Position numbers and translations under genes: made by a program. The notes beneath the pieces are model-generated. The model did no database searches. It worked only from the letters and a program-made list of their open reading frames with translations, and had not been told where the DNA came from. A DNA stretch of 64,000 nucleotides from a virus. Lineage: Duplodnaviria > Caudoviricetes. The DNA lies in the IMG/VR virus record IMGVR_UViG_3300031760_000029, positions 1-64,000 of that record. One strand, 5' to 3'. Below, in pieces: positions 27,940 through 37,619 of this stretch (its first letter is position 1; each line of letters begins with the position of its first letter).

Positions 27940-28128
27940 ATGAGTCGATACACTTGTCTTGAGTTAGAACCAAATAGCAATACTGTAACTGGTGTCGTAA
28001 CAGAGTTGGAAATCAATCGAGAATACAAGGTAGGCGACTACATCTGGGTAAAAAGGATCAATACTGTTGAGCATCTGAAGGTTATCCGTGTAGATGGGAG
28101 ATATTACAACGGAAAGGTTGTAGCCTAA
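27940..28128 (+). CDS. Hypothetical protein (62 aa)
   Basis: GAGGG RBS. Confidence 0.55.
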   Translation: MSRYTCLELEPNSNTVTGVVTELEINREYKVGDYIWVKRINTVEHLKVIRVDGRYYNGKVVA

Positions 28129-28231
28129 TTTTAATCCGCCCTAGTGTCAGAGCCAGGGCGGGTAATCGCTCCAATAGTGGAGTACGGTAGGGAAAATTAA
28201 ATCCATGTTTTATGGGGAAAGGAGAGCGAAG

Positions 28232-28438
28232 ATGATCACAAAGGCACAGGCAAAGGAATTCTACCGCGACCTCTGCGGCACCGTGTATGGAAACGCAGAC
28301 ACCAATAGTCAGGGGATCATGTCTGCGGCTCTGATTGCAGACCACATGAAAATGCCCATCGAAAAGGCAAACGACTTCCTGTGGGCGTGCGCAAAGTACG
28401 GTATCACCGAGAGACAGGGAGGAGCGTGGGTAGTATGA
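28232..28438 (+). CDS. Hypothetical protein (68 aa)
   Basis: GAAAGGAGAGCGAA start-associated sequence. Confidence 0.7.
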   Translation: MITKAQAKEFYRDLCGTVYGNADTNSQGIMSAALIADHMKMPIEKANDFLWACAKYGITERQGGAWVV

Positions 28439-28620
28439 CACTTGAGGAGTTGCTGTACACCGTAAATGATTCCACTTTCGTTAAGATCTTTTCTGCCGAA
28501 AATGGAAACGAAATCGCCGCGTATGACGGCAAGGATAGCATACCCGAATCGCTTGACCCGCTTGAGGTCACTGACATTTTCGTCGACGGAAATGCACTTT
28601 GCATCGAGGTGAACATATGA
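28435..28620 (+). CDS. Hypothetical protein (61 aa)
   Basis: ATGA coupling at both ends. Confidence 0.65.
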   Translation: MTLEELLYTVNDSTFVKIFSAENGNEIAAYDGKDSIPESLDPLEVTDIFVDGNALCIEVNI

Positions 28621-28727
28621 AGGGATATTACAACTCGTATTCCTATATGGGATACATAGACGGAGAGTACATGGAGTTCGCAACGGATTCTGAGTATGAA
28701 GAGTATGTTGAGGTAATCGCAATATGA
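28617..28727 (+). CDS. Small conserved phage protein (36 aa, MKGYYNSYSYMGYIDGEYMEFATDSEY)
   Basis: GAGG RBS and ATGA coupling; pattern recalled from gut/rumen phages, not searched. Confidence 0.6.
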   Translation: MKGYYNSYSYMGYIDGEYMEFATDSEYEEYVEVIAI

Positions 28728-28867
28728 ATAAGTATTATCTATCAAAGCGAAAACTGGATGCTGACTGGGATGCATGGATTGAGAATAATCCGCATAAACA
28801 CGGATGGTTTTTAAAGGTAGAACGGTTCCTGTTTGTGTACAAGGTACTCGAATACGGTTGCAATTAA
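28724..28867 (+). CDS. Hypothetical protein (47 aa)
   Basis: ATGA coupling; GAGG RBS. Confidence 0.5.
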   Translation: MNKYYLSKRKLDADWDAWIENNPHKHGWFLKVERFLFVYKVLEYGCN

Positions 28868-28894
28868 ATCACACTTTTATGGGAGGGAAATGCC

Positions 28895-29338
28895 ATGGTA
28901 ACACTGTTAATCGGATTACCCGCTTCGGGCAAGTCAACCTATGCGGCAGAAGAGGGATCCTTGGTTCTGTCTTCCGACAAGATTCGTGAGGAATTGTACG
29001 GAGACGAATCAGTTCAGGGAAATCCCGCGAAAGTATTTTCCATCCTGTATGGGAAGATGGAAGAGGCAATCAATGATGGAGCGGAACATATCATAATCGA
29101 TGCCACCAACATCAATAAGAAAGACCGTGCAAAGGCAATTGAGATTGCCAAGAGTGGCAATCATATTGTTCGTGCGGTCGTGATGGATACGCCGATTGCG
29201 GTTTGTATTCGCCGCAACGACGCAAGGAAACGCAAGGTTCCTGACTTTGTGTTCGACAGAATGCTTAAGAAATATGAGGAACCTACGCTGAGCGAGGGTT
29301 TCGACATCATTGAGAGAAAGGAGTGGTCAGCGAAATGA
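28895..29338 (+). CDS. Polynucleotide kinase-like P-loop kinase (AAA_33)
   Basis: LIGLPASGKST, LSSDKIR, IIDATN...R, RN.AR.R.VP. Confidence 0.88.
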   Translation: MVTLLIGLPASGKSTYAAEEGSLVLSSDKIREELYGDESVQGNPAKVFSILYGKMEEAINDGAEHIIIDATNINKKDRAKAIEIAKSGNHIVRAVVMDTPIAVCIRRNDARKRKVPDFVFDRMLKKYEEPTLSEGFDIIERKEWSAK

Positions 29339-29442
29339 CAGATGTAATTATAGCCTTTTTGACAATAAGTATAAGCGAAATGGTAATATGTTTGGGAATT
29401 GCAACGTATTACCGATGCAAGCGTGGAGAAAGTGAGAAGTAA
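29335..29442 (+). CDS. Small single-TM peptide (35 aa)
   Basis: MTDVIIAFLTISISEMVICLGIATYYRCKRGESEK; ATGA-coupled. Confidence 0.5.
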   Translation: MTDVIIAFLTISISEMVICLGIATYYRCKRGESEK

Positions 29443-29447
29443 GCGAA

Positions 29448-29651
29448 ATGAATACAAATAAAATTTTACTTGATAACACAAAAACGACCGAAGAAAAAGT
29501 ATATCTTATAGCGAAATCCATAAAGGATTCTGGTCGATCAATAGATAATGATTTATGGTACGCAATACTTGACCTCAAAGATAAAAATTTTCCGACAATG
29601 GGAAATGATATTGATTATTTTGCAAAGGCAGAAAGCGAGGTTAAGAAATGA
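29448..29651 (+). CDS. Hypothetical protein ending KAESE (67 aa)
   Basis: Ends in the AAGGCAGAAAGCGAGG junction motif. Confidence 0.65.
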   Translation: MNTNKILLDNTKTTEEKVYLIAKSIKDSGRSIDNDLWYAILDLKDKNFPTMGNDIDYFAKAESEVKK

Positions 29652-29821
29652 AATGTCCGTATCAGACTAAAGTAATTCACAAACCCGAATACACAGATGA
29701 ATATGTAAAAAGGTTTGCCGAAGATGTAACAGAATTTTGTGAATGTGTAAAAAGCGAATGTCCATTTTATTACACATCATTAGCACGTGAACATTGTCGT
29801 AAGGCAGAAAGTGAGGGGTGA
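29648..29821 (+). CDS. Cys-rich small protein ending KAESEG (57 aa)
   Basis: MKCPY...CECVKSECPF; ATGA-coupled; junction motif at both ends. Confidence 0.65.
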   Translation: MKCPYQTKVIHKPEYTDEYVKRFAEDVTEFCECVKSECPFYYTSLAREHCRKAESEG

Positions 29822-29826
29822 GCGAA

Positions 29827-30099
29827 ATGAATATCTATCAGGTGTTTCACAAGTACGATGTTGATGGCGGCTTTGGTGATGCGGTCAAAACGGAATCGTT
29901 AGAGGCAACGTTCTCGACAAAGGAAATGGCAGAGAAATTCAAGGCAGAGTATGAAAATCCTCACGTTTATGATCGACCGTATCAGCCACTATTTTGTGGC
30001 ACTCTTGAGATTCGTCAGATCGAACTGGACGATGAAGAAGAATTCAATAAAGAGGACATGTGGTGGTGGGATGATGAGGAGGGCGAGCAAAATGAGTAA
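29827..30099 (+). CDS. Acidic hypothetical protein (90 aa)
   Basis: FSTKEMAEK motif resembles the next ORF. Confidence 0.7.
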   Translation: MNIYQVFHKYDVDGGFGDAVKTESLEATFSTKEMAEKFKAEYENPHVYDRPYQPLFCGTLEIRQIELDDEEEFNKEDMWWWDDEEGEQNE

Positions 30100-30385
30100 G
30101 GCATATCTGCTTATGAGTGATATCGATAATGGTGCCAGTGGTTATGAAAAAATTTGTGGTTTGTACACCACAAAAGAAAAGGCAGAAGAGGCGGCTAAAA
30201 CATGGATTCCTGAACGTAAAGGAAAGCAAGTAGTAATAACAGAGATGGATGTTGATCCAGATGACGTGCCTTACCATCTGGAAGGTAAGGTGCTTCGTAC
30301 ATTTGAAGAGTGCATACAGTATTCGGATATGCGTCCTGATTATTTATTTCATTATCTTTACGTAAAAGAAATGGAATTACAGTAA
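30092..30385 (+). CDS. Hypothetical protein (97 aa), probable paralog of the previous ORF
   Basis: GLYTTKEKAEE motif; GAGGAGGG RBS. Confidence 0.7.
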   Translation: MSKAYLLMSDIDNGASGYEKICGLYTTKEKAEEAAKTWIPERKGKQVVITEMDVDPDDVPYHLEGKVLRTFEECIQYSDMRPDYLFHYLYVKEMELQ

Positions 30386-30401
30386 AAGAAAGGAGATCAG
30401 C

Positions 30402-30542
30402 ATGAGAAAGACAAGAAGTTGGAAGCACACAACGAAGAACCGTAAGCAGTACGGAAATCGCGACGGAGAGCGGGCAGTATGGAAGGAGATTATGCTTAAC
30501 AACGAAATGTATCTGGTGGAACTCGACGATGAGGAGGAGTAA
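30402..30542 (+). CDS. Small protein (46 aa)
   Basis: GAAAGGAG RBS. Confidence 0.55.
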   Translation: MRKTRSWKHTTKNRKQYGNRDGERAVWKEIMLNNEMYLVELDDEEE

Positions 30543-30544
30543 GC

Positions 30545-31282
30545 ATGGACTACACATACTTCATAGATTCCGATGGAAAGCTAATCCGAACACGGATAGA
30601 GCAGGATGATGAGCCTTGGGATCCTCGGTATGACTGCGATGGAAACATCGGTCACATGATGTGTTGGTATTCGAACTATAACCTGGGCGACTACAAAGAT
30701 AACCACTACGATAACCCACATGACTTCCTGTTTTGGCAGTTGGGTGAGGAAAAGTATGAGGACGCAACCATTCCGCAGATGCTTAAAGCACTGGAGCGCA
30801 AGGGATATTACTTCATCCCGCTTGCGGTTTACGAACACAGCGGAATCACAATGTGGTGCGGCTCTCGATGGAGTCACTTCGATGCACAGTGGGATTGCTC
30901 GGATATCGGGTGGATCTACACCACAAAGGAAGAGGTCTTAAAGAGTGGTTACCGTATCAAAGGTAAGCGCGGATATCTTAAGACCACCGAAAAGAACTGG
31001 CGCAAGGTAGCGCAGGAGACGTTGGAAGCGGAAGTGAAAACGTATGACCAGTATCTGACTGGTGAAGTGTACGGATTCATGAGCGAAGTGTGGGATGGAG
31101 AAGATTGGATCGATGAGGAGTCTTGCTGGGGTTTCTATTCCGACAAGTGGGGAGATGAACTGGCAGAAGAAATCATAAGGGATTTCTATGCAAGCCCCAA
31201 ATTCATAAACGAAGAGGAAGCGGAAGAGAAACAGCGGGAAGATGCGATAATGAAACAAATCGAAACTATAGTTTGCATTTGA
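30545..31282 (+). CDS. Acidic phage protein, possibly antirestriction-type (245 aa)
   Basis: PLAVYEHSGITM, WDCSDIGWIY, YDQYLTGEVYGF, SCWGFY motifs. Confidence 0.55.
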   Translation: MDYTYFIDSDGKLIRTRIEQDDEPWDPRYDCDGNIGHMMCWYSNYNLGDYKDNHYDNPHDFLFWQLGEEKYEDATIPQMLKALERKGYYFIPLAVYEHSGITMWCGSRWSHFDAQWDCSDIGWIYTTKEEVLKSGYRIKGKRGYLKTTEKNWRKVAQETLEAEVKTYDQYLTGEVYGFMSEVWDGEDWIDEESCWGFYSDKWGDELAEEIIRDFYASPKFINEEEAEEKQREDAIMKQIETIVCI

Positions 31283-31297
31283 TAAGGAGGAATCGAA

Positions 31298-31837
31298 ATG
31301 AATGACGTAATCAACATCCCGAGCACAAGGCAGACCAAGGGCGAGTTCGCAATCTCTTATCAGCAGGCAGGACGCGGCGGTTGTATTCCGATTGTCAACG
31401 GAAAAGAAGAGCGCAGTCTGATGTTCGGTTATGCAAGCGAGACTGATAAGGCAGCCTGCATAAAACTGCTCGAGGAGGCACTGATTGCAACAAACGGAGA
31501 CATCTACGAGACACGCAGATATCTCATGAATGCGGTTGAGGTAGCCGCAAATCACATTCGTCCGAATGAGGCGCTGACTGTTGATGGAACAGAAATCCTC
31601 ATTGACTACGGCAACCGTTCCGCTTATGAGGGAGCGAGGGAACTTGCTAACCTTGACGATATTGATTGCGAACTGCCGAACGAAGCAATCAAGGCACTCC
31701 TTATCAACCGCGTCCAGCTTGTGCTCGCTGATAGGGAAGTGATTGAGTACTACGACGAGGATGAGGAAGATGACTACGACGAGGACGATGACGAGTACTA
31801 TGACGATGATGATGAAGATCTTGAGTTCATCCAGTAA
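31298..31837 (+). CDS. Protein with poly-acidic C-terminal tail (179 aa)
   Basis: EYYDEDEEDDYDEDDDEYYDDDDEDLEF. Confidence 0.75.
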   Translation: MNDVINIPSTRQTKGEFAISYQQAGRGGCIPIVNGKEERSLMFGYASETDKAACIKLLEEALIATNGDIYETRRYLMNAVEVAANHIRPNEALTVDGTEILIDYGNRSAYEGARELANLDDIDCELPNEAIKALLINRVQLVLADREVIEYYDEDEEDDYDEDDDEYYDDDDEDLEFIQ

Positions 31838-31945
31838 GCACTAAAATTAAAGCCCCACGCTACCACAGGTGGGGCATGAAAAAGAAAATAATCCCACATT
31901 TTGTGGGTGTAAATAAAACAACTGTTTGATTGAAAGGAGATCCAA

Positions 31946-34018
31946 ATGAACAAAGAAGAGAAGGCGGCACTTGTTAAGAAGTATTGCAACGAGAATACTA
32001 AGCCCAAGCAAGATTTATGCCCTGAGGTAAATCAGTACATCCGCACGTCAAAGGGATACGAGATTTGGAACTCCAAAGATTTAAGCAGGGAGCCGATTAA
32101 CTTTGACCCTACAAGATGGAGCGACGTAAGAGAATGCGGTCTCAACAATGTGGTTTGCGTTCGCAATGAATACGAAGGTCTTTACATCGAATACCACGAG
32201 GATATGGATACTCTTGAATTCGCCCACATCTTCATGGATGGCGGCAGAGGTAAGGCAGGCGAAGCGAAAGAATGGTACTACGGAAATGGCTGGAATTATT
32301 CCCGCTACTTCATCTTCCGCAATGATCCGAATGCATACAGCAATACTGGTATTCTTACTGGCAATACCCACTACTCAAAGGATTTACTGAAGGAAATGAA
32401 GACATGGTCACGTCGTAGTTTGGTAGGAGAAGAGAACTACGCAGAGTTTAAGAAGTTTGCTCCAGATTCAAGCGAACTCCGTGAGTACAATCACTGGTAC
32501 AGCACACCACTCGCTCAAATATGGCAGTATGCACGGTGGTATCAAATGGAGTTCATAAAGCGAACTTCGAGTAAGACATTTAATGATCTTTCTGCTTACG
32601 AATTAGATGATATCACGCCGCTTCCGTCGAAATCTGTGGTGGATGATAAGAAAATGATTTACTTCCAAAAACTTGACGACAAATATGCGGTTCTTCGTGT
32701 ATTCAGATATGGATACAGATATGAGATTAATTCAGACAAAATAATAGAAGAAATGCGTCTGTTTGTGTCTGACAAAGGTAAACCTACCGTCATGGTGAAT
32801 GATGGATACTGGAAAATAAAGGCGAGTACACCTTGGGCGGCGCAAGGAGCAGCGGTGATTATCAATGCAAGTGATATTCAGGAATGGAAGCCATTAAAAT
32901 ATATCATGCCTTGTATTGAGGATGATATAAATATTCAGAATTTTATCAATTATCTGCGGCATCCGATTGTTGAACAGTTGTCAAAGGCTGGTTATGTGAA
33001 TGTTGCAAAAAAATTGATGTATTGTGATGAGATTGCGTCAAATATGAAAACCTTCTTCCTTGTCGAAAAGGAAACAAAGCAGCCGATGTTTAAGTTGCTT
33101 GGTGTTAACAAGTTCGTACTTAACGCAATGGAGTGTCATGACGGGAACCTCAAGATTGCAAGAGAGATTAAATATTTTGTGGGTGGTTTCGATGCGACAG
33201 AATTGTCACAGGATGTTTGTGATTACATCGCGAACTATGTTGACAGTGGCAGATACGGCAGTAACAGCATTACAACCTTAGTTCCTGGACATAGATATGA
33301 GTACTGGCGCAGAGATAGTCGGTATAGTACGCCACTTACAGATGACGAAAAGAAATGGATTCTTAAGTTGTTCAAGATGGAATCCAAACAGACTGGTTGT
33401 ATTAGTTTGTTTGATGATGTTATCTCGACATACAACAGAATCAATAACAAGCCAGACATCGATCTCTACAACGTAAAGAACTATGACGACATAAACAGAT
33501 TACATGATGCTCTTGTTGCTCTTAAGGTACAGGAAGATAGAGAACGGCAGGCATTAAGAGATGCGTCAGAAAGAGAACGGCAGGAACTGCTTAAGAAGAA
33601 GTTTGAGAAACTTCAGGACGAACGTATCAAGAAATACGAGTATGAGGACGGAGACTTCTGCATCAGAGTCCCCCACCAGTTAGATGAAATCACAAAGGAA
33701 GGTATTGTGCTGAATCACTGTGTTGGCGGATATCTTGATAAGCACGCTCAGGGAATCACGAATATCCTTTTCCTGAGACGTAAGGCAGATGAGAATATTC
33801 CGTTCTATACCATCGAGATTTGTGATGACCATGTGATTCAGATTCACGGTAATCACAATCGTTGGCTCGGGAATAATCCTGAAGCGGTACCGTTCGTATA
33901 CAAGTATCTTGAGCAGTTAGGAGTTAGGTACGATAAGAAACTTCTGCTGAACAAGGGAGCTGGCTATAGTGCGGGAGACGAGGAGTTGCCCGAGAGTTAC
34001 TTACAGGAGGCTGCGTAA
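31946..34018 (+). CDS. PcfJ-domain protein (690 aa)
   Basis: C-terminal LHD, EG.VLNHCVGGY, FLRR, PFYTIEI, QIHG. Confidence 0.85.
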   Translation: MNKEEKAALVKKYCNENTKPKQDLCPEVNQYIRTSKGYEIWNSKDLSREPINFDPTRWSDVRECGLNNVVCVRNEYEGLYIEYHEDMDTLEFAHIFMDGGRGKAGEAKEWYYGNGWNYSRYFIFRNDPNAYSNTGILTGNTHYSKDLLKEMKTWSRRSLVGEENYAEFKKFAPDSSELREYNHWYSTPLAQIWQYARWYQMEFIKRTSSKTFNDLSAYELDDITPLPSKSVVDDKKMIYFQKLDDKYAVLRVFRYGYRYEINSDKIIEEMRLFVSDKGKPTVMVNDGYWKIKASTPWAAQGAAVIINASDIQEWKPLKYIMPCIEDDINIQNFINYLRHPIVEQLSKAGYVNVAKKLMYCDEIASNMKTFFLVEKETKQPMFKLLGVNKFVLNAMECHDGNLKIAREIKYFVGGFDATELSQDVCDYIANYVDSGRYGSNSITTLVPGHRYEYWRRDSRYSTPLTDDEKKWILKLFKMESKQTGCISLFDDVISTYNRINNKPDIDLYNVKNYDDINRLHDALVALKVQEDRERQALRDASERERQELLKKKFEKLQDERIKKYEYEDGDFCIRVPHQLDEITKEGIVLNHCVGGYLDKHAQGITNILFLRRKADENIPFYTIEICDDHVIQIHGNHNRWLGNNPEAVPFVYKYLEQLGVRYDKKLLLNKGAGYSAGDEELPESYLQEAA

Positions 34019-34215
34019 TGGAATTTGCATACGATGGAGTTCAGTTTCATCTGAACTCCAATCCTTGGAAAAACGAGTACGAAGGGAAGTACGTGCTGAC
34101 TTATTACAACGATGCACGAGGATGGAACATGGCACTTGCTACGGTGGATAGCAAGAAAGAAGCAATGGAAAAAGTGAAGCAAATGAAGAAAGATCATGTT
34201 GGGCCTTGGTTATAA
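34018..34215 (+). CDS. Hypothetical protein (65 aa)
   Basis: TAATG coupling; AGGAGG RBS. Confidence 0.65.
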   Translation: MEFAYDGVQFHLNSNPWKNEYEGKYVLTYYNDARGWNMALATVDSKKEAMEKVKQMKKDHVGPWL

Positions 34216-34226
34216 GGAGGTAAAAG

Positions 34227-34394
34227 ATGTACGAAGCAAGCAGTGATAGCCAGGAAAACTGGAACACAATGGAAGAGATCATTCGGGATTATGGATGGGA
34301 TGGGATGGACGTCCTTAAGTACCTGACAGACTGGCACGGAATGCAGTTGCTGGATAAAGCATTCATGGAAAACTTAATTGACTGCGAACTGTGA
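34227..34394 (+). CDS. Hypothetical protein (55 aa)
   Basis: AAGGAGG RBS. Confidence 0.6.
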   Translation: MYEASSDSQENWNTMEEIIRDYGWDGMDVLKYLTDWHGMQLLDKAFMENLIDCEL

Positions 34395-34410
34395 TTGAAA
34401 GGAGAGCGAA

Positions 34411-35202
34411 ATGTCTAAGAGAATGTCTATTGAGGAATACGCACGGAAGGCAGCTGAGAAACTTGGTGGTGAGTATAAAGAAGTTGAAAAGGCAAATGGA
34501 ATTATCAAACACGGTATTGTACTTCCCTCTGACAGTGAAATGCATCCGACTGTTTATGTGGACGATGATTATAAGAACAGGGTACGGTATCCAAGTTTCG
34601 TTAAAAAAGTACAGGAGGGATTAAGAAACTTTGTTCCAACGAAGAATCCAATCAATGACATTGCTGATTACGATGGCTTTGTCAAGGCAAGACTGAGGGC
34701 ACGGTTATACAATTGCAAGACAAATGCTGATGTATATATCAGTGCTGCTCCATATGGATTCGATGATTTGATTATCATTCCGTATGTTCAACTTGACGAT
34801 AATGCATCAGTTAAGGTAACCAACGAACTGGTGCAGATGTGGGGCAAGGAATACGACGAGATTATTAGTACCGCATTGGAAAATTCAAAGGATTTTGAAT
34901 TAACACCTATGTATGAAGTACTTGTATCACTTGGCTTCCCGCTTCCTGAAGATGATATCCCTTTGTATGTTCTATCTAATAAAACAAGGATATGCGGAGC
35001 AATTACCGCAGTAACACAGCGGGATATGCTGAAAGAAAGATTTGGCGAATACAAGGTAATTCCGTCCAGTATTCACGAGGTGCTTATTTTACCTGGCGAT
35101 GAAGATACAGAAATGGATGAATTAACAAGTATGATTACCCATATCAATGAGAAAGAAGTGAGTCCCGAAGAGAGACTGGGTAACCACGCATACCAGTTTT
35201 AA
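34411..35202 (+). CDS. DUF5688-family protein
   Basis: LYVLSN....GA, YKVIPSSIHEVLILP, INEKEVSPEERLGNHAY. Confidence 0.8.
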   Translation: MSKRMSIEEYARKAAEKLGGEYKEVEKANGIIKHGIVLPSDSEMHPTVYVDDDYKNRVRYPSFVKKVQEGLRNFVPTKNPINDIADYDGFVKARLRARLYNCKTNADVYISAAPYGFDDLIIIPYVQLDDNASVKVTNELVQMWGKEYDEIISTALENSKDFELTPMYEVLVSLGFPLPEDDIPLYVLSNKTRICGAITAVTQRDMLKERFGEYKVIPSSIHEVLILPGDEDTEMDELTSMITHINEKEVSPEERLGNHAYQF

Positions 35203-35218
35203 TCGAAAGGAGAGCGAA

Positions 35219-35464
35219 ATGGCAGTATTTGATACGCTGGAGCACATGGAAACGGTCGAGAATGACGACCATTACACAATCATCGAGGAGTTTCCCGAGA
35301 TTGATTACACGCTCATCTACCGCCACACATCTTTCCAGCCTTTTGTTGCGGCGTGGAGACTTAACAAAGAGAAAAGTTACTGGGCGCAAGGTCATTACTT
35401 CCAGTCTTCCATTGAAGCAATCAAATGGATATGCGGGAAGTACAGAGATGAGGGGGCGGCATGA
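35219..35464 (+). CDS. Hypothetical protein (81 aa)
   Basis: GAAAGGAGAGCGAA start sequence. Confidence 0.7.
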   Translation: MAVFDTLEHMETVENDDHYTIIEEFPEIDYTLIYRHTSFQPFVAAWRLNKEKSYWAQGHYFQSSIEAIKWICGKYRDEGAA

Positions 35465-35640
35465 CAGAGTTAGATTACTGGAGAGCAGAGCATGACACAT
35501 CAAGCTCCTATGAGGAGATTCCAATAGAAATTCCTTGCGATGTAGTGGATTTCGATGGTCAGCACCACTGTCCATTTATAGGACAGACAAACGAAAGCGA
35601 ATTATGCAGAGTGATGTGTGGTCTTGGTGTTGATGAATAG
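35461..35640 (+). CDS. Hypothetical protein (59 aa)
   Basis: ATGA-coupled. Confidence 0.55.
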   Translation: MTELDYWRAEHDTSSSYEEIPIEIPCDVVDFDGQHHCPFIGQTNESELCRVMCGLGVDE

Positions 35641-35649
35641 GAGGTAATT

Positions 35650-36021
35650 ATGTACAAGGAAAAACTCGAACCTCAGTATGACAGACGGAAATCTTTTTAC
35701 GGTAAGGCACACGTTATCCATTACGATGACGGCAGTATTGCACTGCAGTCTTACAGCACAATCGTTGCAGTTATTGTGAACGGAAATGTGATCCGCACAT
35801 GGGGCGGATATTCGGACACTACACAGAGACACGTAAATGACTTCTTGTATCAGAACAGACACAGAGATCTGATAGGGAAAAAGAACTGGGAGAGAATGCC
35901 CAGTTACTACGAAAAAGATTGGGATTACATGACAGACGAAGAGAGAGCAGACGCGGCGGTACAGGCAATGAACGAAGCAATGAGTAACGAAGAGATGGAT
36001 TTCTGGGAGAAGGTAGCATGA
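35650..36021 (+). CDS. Conserved phage protein (SYSTIV...YSDTTQRH)
   Basis: AGGAGG RBS. Confidence 0.7.
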   Translation: MYKEKLEPQYDRRKSFYGKAHVIHYDDGSIALQSYSTIVAVIVNGNVIRTWGGYSDTTQRHVNDFLYQNRHRDLIGKKNWERMPSYYEKDWDYMTDEERADAAVQAMNEAMSNEEMDFWEKVA

Positions 36022-36566
36022 AACTCGAAACCATATTAAAGCAAAATCAAGGGAGAGTCGCAAAGATAGGGGCTGGCACTTGCTTCCTGTATTGCGACAC
36101 TATCACCGAGGATACAAAGGATATTCTCAATCAGATGGCCGCAAATAGAAGGAGTATACGGTCGTCCGAACTAAATTGGAAAACGGAACGTCTGCGGAAC
36201 TTTGAGAAGTGGTGGAAGAACGAGAGAGAAAGGAAGATGGATGCATTCCGCAAAGCGAAGGAACAGGATCAGGAATATGCCAAGCGGTATAAGGTAAAGC
36301 CGCAGATAACAAAGACGGTTAAGGCATACAGCAAAGAGCTGACCCAGCAGAAGTTGGCCATCAAGGAAGCACTGCAAAAATATGTTAAGTACGAAACAAA
36401 GTACTTAGCGAACTGGACGAGATACTCGTTCAGAGAGGTAAAAGAAATCTATGAGAGCGCTGATGAGGACGCAATCATCATCATCTTCGAGGGAGATGAA
36501 ACTGGGCAGTATTGGACAAGTAAAGAATATAGGAGAGCACACAAAAAGGAGGAACTTGCAGCATGA
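36018..36566 (+). CDS. Basic helical hypothetical protein (182 aa)
   Basis: ATGA coupling at both ends. Confidence 0.7.
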   Translation: MKLETILKQNQGRVAKIGAGTCFLYCDTITEDTKDILNQMAANRRSIRSSELNWKTERLRNFEKWWKNERERKMDAFRKAKEQDQEYAKRYKVKPQITKTVKAYSKELTQQKLAIKEALQKYVKYETKYLANWTRYSFREVKEIYESADEDAIIIIFEGDETGQYWTSKEYRRAHKKEELAA

Positions 36567-37603
36567 ATGAGATGACTATCAGCAACTATGGCGCACCGAG
36601 TGTCAACAGAACCTATTCCCGCAAGACGTTGTTCGAAGGGAACGGCAAGAAGTTACTGTGGGATGGACTGGGAACGGATGTTACTCAGGCACATAGCGCA
36701 AAAGCAGTGTGTCAGTTGGCTGGTTTGGATTACTCGGTGTATACGGAGCCGATTTACACGGCAGACGGTATGAAGATCCCTAACATGGTAGCCACTCGGC
36801 GCTATGACAGAGTTGGCGAAACGGAAGTGCCGTCAACAGTCTACGGTGCGGTGACTAACCGCTACCATCCCGTACAGAACACGGCAGGTTTTGAGTTCAT
36901 TGACGCACTGTTTGGTCACAATGGATTCCAGGTCGAAACTGCTGGACAGTTTGACGACGGAAAGATTGTGTGGATTGAGGCAAAGCTGCCTCAGCGAAAC
37001 ATGGTTGGTGAGAAGGTTGATCCCTATCTGGTATTTACCAATCGCCACGATGGTAAAGGGAGCGTGAGAATCTTCCTCACTCCTGTTCGAGTCATCTGCA
37101 AGAATACTCTGAACTATGCAATCAAGGGAGCGCAGAACAGATCCTTCAGCGTCAAACACACCAGTTCGGCACAGGCAAGACTGGCTGCCGCAATTGAAAC
37201 CATCGAGAATTACAATCACTATCTCGGTGCAATGGAACAGACAATCGAAAAGCAGAAGAGAATTCTTCTGCAGGACAAGCACGTTGATACATTCCTTGAG
37301 AGAATGTTCCCCGTCAATGACGAGATGTCTCCGAGGGAGTACGACAGAGTGCTGGCGAGCAGGCAGGAAGTCAGGGATATCTACAAGACAACGGAAGATC
37401 TTGATGGATATGAGAACAGCGGATTCAAGTTTGTGAACGCAGTCTCTGACTGGGCGACACACCACACACCTTCAAGGCAGACGAGAAACTACCGAAGCAA
37501 CCTGTTCCAGAAGACACTGGCAGGCAACAATTACATTGATGTGGCATACACAATGGTTGATGAGTTCAGTGAAGCAAACAAGATGATCACCGTGGCAGCC
37601 TAA
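36563..37603 (+). CDS. DUF932/DUF945-family phage/plasmid protein
   Basis: YHPVQN, ETAGQFDDGKIVW, HDGKGS, TPVRVICKNTL, KHT. Confidence 0.85.
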   Translation: MNEMTISNYGAPSVNRTYSRKTLFEGNGKKLLWDGLGTDVTQAHSAKAVCQLAGLDYSVYTEPIYTADGMKIPNMVATRRYDRVGETEVPSTVYGAVTNRYHPVQNTAGFEFIDALFGHNGFQVETAGQFDDGKIVWIEAKLPQRNMVGEKVDPYLVFTNRHDGKGSVRIFLTPVRVICKNTLNYAIKGAQNRSFSVKHTSSAQARLAAAIETIENYNHYLGAMEQTIEKQKRILLQDKHVDTFLERMFPVNDEMSPREYDRVLASRQEVRDIYKTTEDLDGYENSGFKFVNAVSDWATHHTPSRQTRNYRSNLFQKTLAGNNYIDVAYTMVDEFSEANKMITVAA

Positions 37604-37619
37604 CACAAAGGAGGGAATC

